Shown piece after piece: positions 47,624-55,592 of a stretch of DNA of 64,000 nucleotides (the stretch's first letter is position 1; every line of letters starts with the position of its first letter). The translations under genes and the position numbers were made by a program. The notes beneath the pieces were generated by a model that saw nothing but the letters and a program-made list of their open reading frames with translations, was not told the origin of the DNA and did not search any database. Source of the stretch: Spirochaetia bacterium (GTDB lineage: Bacteria; Spirochaetota; Spirochaetia; DSM-2461); contig CAXXIA010000001.1 of NCBI GenBank assembly GCA_963666985.2, forward strand, positions 352,001-416,000, given 5' to 3'.

Positions 47624-50101
47624 ATGTCTTTGCGTGTAAAAACTATCTTTTTGTTTCTCGGAATATTTGTTCTTTTTATCGGTGCGATCGGGATCTATGT
47701 TTTAATTAAGTGTCAGGATACGCAAGATTTAAGTTTAACAAAAAGCTCTGAAGATTTAAGAAACACGATTACCCAAGCCGTTGATGCGAAAAAAGACGTA
47801 TGGCTTACAAATGCTCTTCAAATAGCGAAAAATCCGTTGATTATTCAATCTATGGCCCAATCGGATCGGGAAACGGCTATTGCGATTTTAAATGAATACG
47901 GAAACGATTTTAAGGAATATACCAATTTTAAAAATGTTCGAGTGCATTTAATCGATGCGGAACAAAGATCTTTCGTAAAATCCTGGTCGGCCGATTCGTA
48001 TGGGGAGCTGCTGGATTATTCTGCTGCCTATAAAGATGTAATCGAGAAAGGAATCCCTCTGGTAACAATGGAGGAGGCTCCGAATGGTGTTCGATTGAAG
48101 GGATTGTTTCCTATTACCGATGGAGAGAAATTATTGGGAATAGCCAATTTTGAAGGCGGGCTGAATTCCATTAAGCGCGATTTAAAAGAACGCGAAATCG
48201 ATTTTCTCTATATGATTTCAGAGGATCTTCTTACGGTTGCCGCATCTCTCTCAGAGGCTCCGGCTGTTGCCGGTTATCGTGTGAGCCAAAAAGATGTTGA
48301 TGAAGAGTTTCTGGATTATTGTCAAAACCGCATGAATCTGCAGCAGGCGCTGGACGGATACTCCATTGATTCGGAGTATCTGCTGAGTGCTATTCCGATC
48401 CTTCATGAAAACGGTAAAGAAGTCGGAATGTATCTGGTTGGACAGAAAACGGAATTCGCGATGACTCTTGTTAAACAAAATAACCGTCTGCTTTTAGTTG
48501 TTTTTATTGTCTATGCGATTTCCGCGATGTTTATTCTGATTCTTCTGGTTGTCTTTCTGGAGGTGAGCGTTATCAAACCTGTAAGAGCTTTTACAGGAAC
48601 ATTTAGAAAAATCTCCGAAGGTGATCTTTCCTGCAGTATCGGCATTTCCGAGAAATCTTATCTTGGAGAATTGGCTAAAGCGAGCAGCGCGATGGTGGAG
48701 AAGGTACGGGAGTTTGTACTTGATGTTCAACAGACATCAATGATTATAGAGCAGTCACAAGTTCAATTGGTTAATGAATTGGAAGAATCCATTGCCGCTT
48801 CGAATGTAATCTCTTTTGAAACCGGTTCTTCGGGGCGTGTTGTCGAGGAGTTGCGAGAGAAAATGGGACATTCCTCTACTTCAGTCACACAGATTAATAA
48901 AAATATTCATGCTTTAGCAGATAGAATTGTTGATCATTCCGGAGCGGTGAGCCAGACTACGGCTTCTGTAGATGAAATGTCGGCCTCCATCAGCAGTATT
49001 TCGAAAATCGCCAAGGAGCAAAGTGTTTCATCAGATGAATTGGTTAAATCTACCAATGAAGGCGCCCAGCAGCTTTCTCATACCAATTCGGTGATTGATG
49101 AAATCTCCGGCAGTCTTGATGACATGATGCAATTGGCCCATCTGATTAATGATGTTACCGAGCAAACGAATCTTTTAGCCATGAATGCGGCAATCGAAGC
49201 CGCTCATGCGGGAGAGCAAGGCAAAGGTTTTGCTGTTGTCGCCGGAGAAATTCGGAAACTGGCCGAGTCTACCAATCAGAGTTCCTCAAGCATCTCATCG
49301 ACATTGGACGCTCTTACCAATAAAATTCGATCGGCTGTCGATGCGAGCCAAAGAACCGGGACTGTTTTTGCAACAATTAAGGATACATCGAAAACGGTTG
49401 CTCAATCTTTCCAGAATATAAGCACCAGTACATCGGAATTGGATATCGGTAGCCGTGAGATGGTGAAGGCTTCCGAACAACTCTTGGAGATTGCCCAAGG
49501 TGTTCAGTTAAGTACGGAGGAAATCCGGGGAGCGATGGAAGGTATAACTAAACTGATTCAAACGGTGGAAAATTCTTGCGATCTGGTTTATAGCCAGATG
49601 ACGAATATTCGGGAACGAGCCGTTAATATTAATTCCGCGGTTAAGCGGATAACGGAAAGTTCCATCAATACTTCTGAAAGCTTGGGACGTTCTCTTTCAG
49701 GACTGCTTCAGTTTACGGTTTCTAAGGAGATTCGGGAGAATCAGATCTCTGCGATCAACCGTCTTCATATATCCACGTTGATCCTTCAACATGCTCACTG
49801 GGTAGCCCGTGGGCGAGGCTATATCGATGGAAGCGACAATATCGACCCGGCCACCTTGGTCGATTATCAGCAATGCGCTCTTGGACATTGGATGGTTGAG
49901 GATGATTTAGCCGGAATGCTTGATGAAAAAGTTTACAAAAATTTAGAGGATTCTCATAAGAATTTACACCTAATACTTAAAGAAATTGTCGAATATAGAG
50001 GGCAGGAAAAAAGCGAACGGATCGAAGAACGGTTCCAGGATTTGGTGAAGGCCTCCAATGAAATCATCCAGATCCTGTCCGAAATTCGGGATTCTTTATA
50101 G
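47624..50101 (+). CDS. Methyl-accepting chemotaxis protein (Cache-type sensor, HAMP, MCP signal, C-terminal CZB)
   Basis: Two TM helices; [36 protein letters not shown]-terminal HAHW...CALGHW...H..LH. Confidence 0.92.
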   Translation: MSLRVKTIFLFLGIFVLFIGAIGIYVLIKCQDTQDLSLTKSSEDLRNTITQAVDAKKDVWLTNALQIAKNPLIIQSMAQSDRETAIAILNEYGNDFKEYTNFKNVRVHLIDAEQRSFVKSWSADSYGELLDYSAAYKDVIEKGIPLVTMEEAPNGVRLKGLFPITDGEKLLGIANFEGGLNSIKRDLKEREIDFLYMISEDLLTVAASLSEAPAVAGYRVSQKDVDEEFLDYCQNRMNLQQALDGYSIDSEYLLSAIPILHENGKEVGMYLVGQKTEFAMTLVKQNNRLLLVVFIVYAISAMFILILLVVFLEVSVIKPVRAFTGTFRKISEGDLSCSIGISEKSYLGELAKASSAMVEKVREFVLDVQQTSMIIEQSQVQLVNELEESIAASNVISFETGSSGRVVEELREKMGHSSTSVTQINKNIHALADRIVDHSGAVSQTTASVDEMSASISSISKIAKEQSVSSDELVKSTNEGAQQLSHTNSVIDEISGSLDDMMQLAHLINDVTEQTNLLAMNAAIEAAHAGEQGKGFAVVAGEIRKLAESTNQSSSSISSTLDALTNKIRSAVDASQRTGTVFATIKDTSKTVAQSFQNISTSTSELDIGSREMVKASEQLLEIAQGVQLSTEEIRGAMEGITKLIQTVENSCDLVYSQMTNIRERAVNINSAVKRITESSINTSESLGRSLSGLLQFTVSKEIRENQISAINRLHISTLILQHAHWVARGRGYIDGSDNIDPATLVDYQQCALGHWMVEDDLAGMLDEKVYKNLEDSHKNLHLILKEIVEYRGQEKSERIEERFQDLVKASNEIIQILSEIRDSL

Positions 50102-50256
50102 CGAAGCAATTCAGTAATTGCTGAAATTACAGATCCGCCTACCGATATTCATCAGTTCCCGTTTTCTATAATTTGAAGAAACGATTTAGTCTGCTTCGGC
50201 TTTAATCTATAAGGAATCTCCGGAGCTTCTGGCCCCAAAAATATATCGGATGTGTA

Positions 50257-51222
50257 TTAGGCCGCTCTGTCGGGCCTTTTGGTTTTTAAAGCGTCCAGGA
50301 GATCCGCGCTTGAAGGTATATGCCTGACGTTCCCATGTGAGTCGAATGAAATCAGGGCTTTCAGCATGCCCAAATCCTTTAAACCGAGGACAATCCACTG
50401 TTCTCCGGTTTCGGAAAAAGGATGATGTTTTTTCGCCATGCCGTCAAAGCTGAAAAGACCGTCTTGATGATCGATTGAAGGAAAGTATTCCCGACGGAAC
50501 AATTCCAATCCGGATCGGTTGAGTTCGGTTTTTACCAGAAATGACCAGCACGTATCGGAAACGGCGAGGTATACACCGGGGAAACCGAGTCTGAAAGAAA
50601 GCAGTTCTAAGTGATTTCTATTTTCCGGACGGTTGTATGGCGGAAAAAGAAGGTATTGATCCGAACGGCTTTTTTTAAAGGGCAGCCTGAAGGAATCCTG
50701 AAGCTCATATCCGGCGGTTTTGAAATCCAAGGTCCCTTGTTTGTAAGAATACGCGGCGTTAGAGAGTTCCTTCCAGTCCGTATCGACATCAAAGCGATTC
50801 TCGATGAGTCTGTAACGCCGTTCAAACCAAATCATCATATCGGTATTGAACGGTATCATCGTACTGAAACGGTCTGAGGAAAAGGCCTCGGTATACCAGC
50901 AGTTGTGGGCATCGTAAGATTTGCAGATGAGGCTTTGATAGGGTTTGTTATGAATGGAGCATTTCCCTTCCGTTCTGTCCAAAAAACCGCATTTACGGCC
51001 CAGATAGATCGTCCATTCACCGGATTGTTTCAGTGCGGGAAAGATTCCGTTGTAACAGGAAGCTAAAGTTAGATTGATAAAATCATTTCGTGTTTCAAGA
51101 CGGAACGGCATGAGCGGCAGATTCGCGCAGCAGTGACTTTGAAAGCATTGACGGCAGGGAGTCTGCAGCCAGGGATCTTGCCTGATTTTGATATCGCCCC
51201 GCAGGGATATTTTTTCTTTCAA
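50257..51222 (-). CDS. Hypothetical protein with a YkgJ-like CxxCxxxCC cysteine cluster
   Basis: CRQCFQSHCC...CGFLD...CSIH..P...CKSY. Start moved to TTG 51222 after GGAGAG, which removes the overlap with the SulP gene. Confidence 0.7.
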   Translation of the reverse strand: MKEKISLRGDIKIRQDPWLQTPCRQCFQSHCCANLPLMPFRLETRNDFINLTLASCYNGIFPALKQSGEWTIYLGRKCGFLDRTEGKCSIHNKPYQSLICKSYDAHNCWYTEAFSSDRFSTMIPFNTDMMIWFERRYRLIENRFDVDTDWKELSNAAYSYKQGTLDFKTAGYELQDSFRLPFKKSRSDQYLLFPPYNRPENRNHLELLSFRLGFPGVYLAVSDTCWSFLVKTELNRSGLELFRREYFPSIDHQDGLFSFDGMAKKHHPFSETGEQWIVLGLKDLGMLKALISFDSHGNVRHIPSSADLLDALKTKRPDRAA

Positions 51223-51334
51223 AAACGAATCTCTCCGATACCGAAGAGATATACTCCAAGGAACAAGATTCTGTAAAGATGGGATTGACCGACAGCCTGA
51301 TTTCTCGCCATACAGTGCTGTGGAGAGAATATAA

Positions 51335-52975
51335 TTGAATAGCATTTTTAATCCCAAGCTCTTTTCTCTTTTACGTCAGGGGATAAGTAGAGATCAAATC
51401 GCCGCAGACATATTTTCCGGTGTGGTTGTCGGCATTGTCGCATTACCTCTTGCAATCGCGTTCGCCGTCGCTTCGGGAGTTTCCCCGCAGAAGGGACTTA
51501 TTACAGCCATTATTGCCGGTTTTTTGATTTCGGCTCTCGGCGGAAGCAGGGTCCAGATCGGCGGGCCGACCGGTGCTTTTGTCGTCATCGTCTACGGTAT
51601 CGTTGAACGCTACGGTATCGACGGTTTGATTGTTTCCACGATGATGGCGGGAGTTCTGTTGGTTGTATTCGGGGTACTGCGATTGGGAGCTCTTTTAAAG
51701 TACTTCCCGCAATCCCTCATTGTCGGATTTACTTCCGGCATCGCTCTGGTGATTTTTTCCACTCAGGTGAAAGATGCCTTGGGGCTGAGTATTTCCCAGG
51801 TCCCATCGGATTTCATTGGTAAATGGCAAGTTTATTTTGAGCATATAGCAACCATTAATCCTTATGCGCTGGGGCTGACGATTTTTACGATTCTTATTAC
51901 GATTACAGCCGGACGGTTTACGGGAAGAGTTCCGGGCTCCTTTATCGCTCTTATTCTCGGAACCCTTATCGTTCTGTTCGGGAAACTCCCGGTTGAAACA
52001 CTGCGGTCAGTATACGGGGCTATGCCTCGCGGATTCAGCGTCGGTTTGCCAACGATCCACTTGTCCGATTTGCCTGCGTATATTCAGCCTGCTGTTAATA
52101 TCGCTTTGTTGGGCGCCATCGAATCACTTTTATCGGCGGTAGTTGCCGACGGAATGATCAGCGGCCATCACCGCTCAAATACGGAGTTAATCGCGCAAGG
52201 AATCGCCAATATCGTTACGCCTCTTTTCGGAGGAATCCCCGCGACGGGCGCCATCGCCAGAACCGCGGTCAATATAAAAAACGGAGGCCGAACGCCCATC
52301 GCCGGAATTGTCCATTCCGTGACTCTTTTGCTGATTATGCTTTTTTTCGGACGATATGCGGAACTGATACCTGTTCCGGTACTGGCCGGCATTCTTATTG
52401 TCGTGGCATACAATATGAGCGAATGGCGTACCTTTATCGGAGTCCTTCGGGGATCTTCCTTTGATATCCTTGTTCTGCTCTCGACGTTCTTTTTAACGGT
52501 TCTTGTGGATCTTACCGTGGCGATTCAGGTTGGTGTCGTTCTTTCGGCATTGCTGTTTATGCGCCGTATGGCCATTATCCCTTCCGGTTTGCCCGCGGAA
52601 GTTGATAAAGATATTATAGAAGATTATTCCGATTTACCCCGTGATGTATCGGTGTATGAAATCAGCGGACCGCTTTTTTTCGCGTCGGCCCGGGAATATG
52701 CCGAAACGATAAAGGTGGCCGGTATTCGGAAAAGGGTTTTGATAATCCGTATGCGGCATGTCCCCTTTATTGATGCTACCGGCCTGCATAATTTGGAATC
52801 GGCCGTTACCATGCTCCGTCATTCGGGGGTGGATGTTATTTTCTCCGGTGTTCGGGAGCAGGTGATTTCAGAATTAACACGATTCGGAATAGGACCCCAA
52901 GAAGGCGGCTTGATGTTTTTCGATACATTCTCCGGGGCCTTGGAATACGCGCTGACTTATAATGGCCAAGAATAA
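51335..52975 (+). CDS. SulP/SLC26 anion transporter with STAS domain
   Basis: VALPLAIAFAVASG, GGSRVQIGGPTGAF, PATGAIART, GPLFFA, FIDATGL. Confidence 0.95.
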   Translation: MNSIFNPKLFSLLRQGISRDQIAADIFSGVVVGIVALPLAIAFAVASGVSPQKGLITAIIAGFLISALGGSRVQIGGPTGAFVVIVYGIVERYGIDGLIVSTMMAGVLLVVFGVLRLGALLKYFPQSLIVGFTSGIALVIFSTQVKDALGLSISQVPSDFIGKWQVYFEHIATINPYALGLTIFTILITITAGRFTGRVPGSFIALILGTLIVLFGKLPVETLRSVYGAMPRGFSVGLPTIHLSDLPAYIQPAVNIALLGAIESLLSAVVADGMISGHHRSNTELIAQGIANIVTPLFGGIPATGAIARTAVNIKNGGRTPIAGIVHSVTLLLIMLFFGRYAELIPVPVLAGILIVVAYNMSEWRTFIGVLRGSSFDILVLLSTFFLTVLVDLTVAIQVGVVLSALLFMRRMAIIPSGLPAEVDKDIIEDYSDLPRDVSVYEISGPLFFASAREYAETIKVAGIRKRVLIIRMRHVPFIDATGLHNLESAVTMLRHSGVDVIFSGVREQVISELTRFGIGPQEGGLMFFDTFSGALEYALTYNGQE

Positions 52976-53127
52976 GGAAAAAGGGCAATTCGCTATAGAT
53001 TGATCATAGGCGTTCCGGAAGAACGTGTGGAGTGGGTACCGCCGTTCGCCTCAGGTGCGGCAAAGGGCATGGAGAGTACCCGGATATCCGGCGTTCGGAG
53101 GAAACGCGAAAGCTGGCTTTGGCAATC

Positions 53128-53475
53128 CTCTCAACTTCAGCGCCTGGTGTTCTTTCGGAACTCAGCCGCTTCGTTTCGGCCATGTGCAAGCTGATGCTTG
53201 CCCGCGGCTCTCAACTTCAGCGCCTGGTGTTCTTTCGGAACTCAGCCGCTTCGTTTCGGCCATGTGCAAGCTGATGCTTGCCCGCGGCTCTCAACTTCAG
53301 CGCCTGGTGTTCTTTCGGAACTCAGCCGCTTCGTTTCGGCCATGTGCAAGCTGATGCTTGCCCGCGGCTCTCAACTTCAGCGCCTGATGTTTTTCCGGAA
53401 CTCAGCCGCTTCGGCTCGACTATGCCCAAACGGTAGTTTGGTCACAGCCCTCGCTCTCAGCGTCTGATGGGAATC
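53128..53475. repeat. 80-bp tandem repeat array: 3 identical units, 1 diverged unit and the start of a fifth
   Basis: Units start at 53128, 53208, 53288, 53368 and 53448. AGCG(C/T)CTG recurs at 53139, 53219, 53299, 53379 and 53459. Confidence 0.95.
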
Positions 53476-53592
53476 CCCTTCAGTCGGCCACGTCGTGTGG
53501 CCTCCTTGCGGGCCGTCTCCGGCGGCTTTCGCCGACATCCTGTCGGCTCATCGCTCCTATTGTCGCGCGCCGCCTCCGCTTCGATTCCCATC
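53466..53592. repeat. Nested-hairpin (REP/MITE-like) element
   Basis: Terminal inverted repeat GATGGGAATC / GATTCCCATC; internal stems GGCCAC-N5-GTGGCC and GCCGACA-N3-TGTCGGC. Confidence 0.65.
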
Positions 53593-53613
53593 GGGCTTAC
53601 TCTGTAGATAAAC

Positions 53614-55336
53614 GGGGCTGTCTCATTAGTTTGAGACAGCCCCTTTTAAAATTTGGTTGACCTCCGAAGACGGGAGGTTCCCTCCCATCCCCTTATCGTT
53701 TCTGTAGCTTCCTCATGTTATGAGCCATACTCAACAGTCCCCATTCAGTACTGACCATCTTCAATCCCCTGGTTCGGAATCTCCGAAATCCCATATTCGT
53801 CTTGATATCTCCGAATACAGATTCGACTTCAATCGGCCTGAGAGAGCGCATTCTCAGTCCTTCCTCTGAAGTCAGCAACTTGCGCACTTCAGACTTATGC
53901 CGTTCCAGGTTTGGACGAACCGTCAGGATGCGCTCTTTGCCTCCGTATTTGCAGCACCGGATTCGGAGAGAACACCTTTGGCATCCAGGGCCTGTATACC
54001 TTTTTTCAGTGGTCGGAAATCCTGAACCTGTTTTCGAGATTCTGGTCTCCTCGTGTTTGAATCGGCGACCCTTGGGGCACCGGTATGTATCATCAGAGGC
54101 ACGATAGTCCCAGTTCTCTTTCATATGAATCTGCTTCTTGAACTTCCGTTTCCGCTCCCTGTGGAAGTAGCTGAACTTGATGTACTTCTCGACACCATGA
54201 TCCTCACACCACTGGTAGTTCTCTTCACTACCATATCCTGAATCAGCAATGATTCTTTTCGGATAGCGTTTCAGATTCTTTTTCAGTTTCTCCATATGTA
54301 GCGGCAATGTCAGGGAGTCACCGGGACTCTGGTGGATGCTATATCCGAGGATGAACTGGTTCTCAGTACCCATTTGGATGTTGTACCCGGGCTTGAGCTG
54401 ACCATTTTTCATATAGTCTTCTTTCATCCGCATGAAAGTCGCATCATAGTCTGTTTTCGAGTAACTATTTCGGTCGCCGAGGATTCTCTTCTGCTGCTCA
54501 TACTTTTTGGCACGAGGGAGATAGTCCTTGCTAGCGGTATTCAATCTCCGTTGAATCTCCTTCTTTTCTCGCTCCTCCCGATCCTTGCGCAGCTCTTCAT
54601 TGAGCTTGGATACCGCATCTTCGAGAATCTCCGACATCGGCCTGCCTTGAGGATCCACATGGGGAAGGTCATGGTCGCCGTACTTCTCATCCTCTTCTTC
54701 ATTGATGCGGTCGATGTATTCGAAAAGCTCATCCATATTGCCGGCCAGGCGCTTCTGGAACTTGTCTGTCGCCCGGCCCCATACCCATGTGTATTTGTTA
54801 GCTGCTGATTCGATTTTTGTGCCGTCGAGAAAGTAGTTCTCCATCTGGACATGTCCGCTCTCGATGAGGCTGTTGGCCATTGAGGCAAAGATTTTCTCGA
54901 TGCTCTTCTTCAATGGACCGTTACGAAATCTGTTTATCGTGTGGAAATCAGGACGGTTATTACCACTGATCCACATGAAGCATATCTGCTCACGAAGAGC
55001 GTCTGCGATTTGACGACAGGAATACAGCTGTTTCGAGTAGGCCAACACCAGAACCTTCAGCATCATCACCGGGTGGTAGCTGCTGGCACCGCCTCCCGGA
55101 TAGGCGTTGAAGAGCTCACTGGTATCCATCGTGTCGATGAAGTTGTTGATTGTGCGGGATATATGGTTTGCGGGAAGCAGTTCATCGAGACTTGGAGGCA
55201 GGAGCATCTGTTGGCTGATTTCGTAATCTTTGAATGTAGCCTTCTTTTTAGTGTCCATGAAGAATTCTACCACCCTTGAATTCAGAAGGGAATTCTTCCA
55301 GACATGAAAAAGGGCCGCCTCTTATGAGACAGCCCC
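53614..55336 (-). mobile_element. Insertion sequence, IS1182 family
   Basis: Terminal inverted repeats GGGGCTGTCTCATTAG (53614) and CTTATGAGACAGCCCC (ends 55336), 15 of 16 matching, enclosing one transposase. No target duplication is evident. Confidence 0.85.
53693..55258 (-). CDS. IS1182-family DDE transposase
   Basis: YHPVMMLKVL, PDFHTINRFR, LDGTKIES.ANKYT, SKTDYDATFMRMKED, ADSGYGSE, EVESVFG...GFRRF. Confidence 0.93.
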   Translation of the reverse strand: MDTKKKATFKDYEISQQMLLPPSLDELLPANHISRTINNFIDTMDTSELFNAYPGGGASSYHPVMMLKVLVLAYSKQLYSCRQIADALREQICFMWISGNNRPDFHTINRFRNGPLKKSIEKIFASMANSLIESGHVQMENYFLDGTKIESAANKYTWVWGRATDKFQKRLAGNMDELFEYIDRINEEEDEKYGDHDLPHVDPQGRPMSEILEDAVSKLNEELRKDREEREKKEIQRRLNTASKDYLPRAKKYEQQKRILGDRNSYSKTDYDATFMRMKEDYMKNGQLKPGYNIQMGTENQFILGYSIHQSPGDSLTLPLHMEKLKKNLKRYPKRIIADSGYGSEENYQWCEDHGVEKYIKFSYFHRERKRKFKKQIHMKENWDYRASDDTYRCPKGRRFKHEETRISKTGSGFPTTEKRYTGPGCQRCSLRIRCCKYGGKERILTVRPNLERHKSEVRKLLTSEEGLRMRSLRPIEVESVFGDIKTNMGFRRFRTRGLKMVSTEWGLLSMAHNMRKLQKR

Positions 55337-55339
55337 TCT

Positions 55340-55412
55340 TGGGGTAGCGCCTGGGAATCGAACCCACGTCACGAGCTTTGGAAGCTTTCCAGGCACCATT
55401 ACATCACCCTGC
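55340..55412 (-). pseudogene. Degenerate tRNA (tRNA-Gly-like body, anticodon loop TTCCAAA)
   Basis: Minus strand reads GCAGGGTGATGTAATGGTGCCTGGAAAGC-TTCCAAA-GCTCGTGACGTGGG-TTCGATT-CCCAGGCGCTACCCCA. T-loop and 3' CCA are intact; acceptor, anticodon and T stems are mismatched. Confidence 0.7.
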
Positions 55413-55430
55413 ATTCTATATGTGGGCTAA

Positions 55431-55459
55431 AGCATAATATGAGTCCGGCTCATTGTCAT
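55431..55459 (-). promoter_or_regulatory. Sigma70-like promoter upstream of the tRNA-like sequence
   Basis: ATGACA-N17-TATGCT on the minus strand; the spacer contains the palindrome ATGAG-N5-CTCAT. Confidence 0.45.
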
Positions 55460-55592
55460 ATTTCCAGGAAATAAAATGCCAATAGAATGCCGGTAGGACT
55501 GGGAACGGTATTCCTTAATTCGTTCAGTTCCATAATGAGTTTATCGGTGTCTAGCAAAGCGGGGAGTTCCAAAAAAGCCTGATTAGCCGCTA

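Noticed and set aside
53128..53447. Tandem hammerhead ribozymes
   Set aside because: CTGATG, CTGAAG and GAAAC fragments occur, but the CUGANGA core is not complete on either strand.
53000..53467. Short ORFs across the repeat region
   Set aside because: They are products of an 80-bp period that is not a multiple of 3; the same peptides recur in rotating frames.
53128..53475. CRISPR array
   Set aside because: The first three units are identical over all 80 bp, so there are no unique spacers, and no cas genes are in the window.
55340..55412. Functional tRNA-Trp(CCA)
   Set aside because: Three stems carry mismatches and the body looks Gly-derived; reported as a pseudogene instead.
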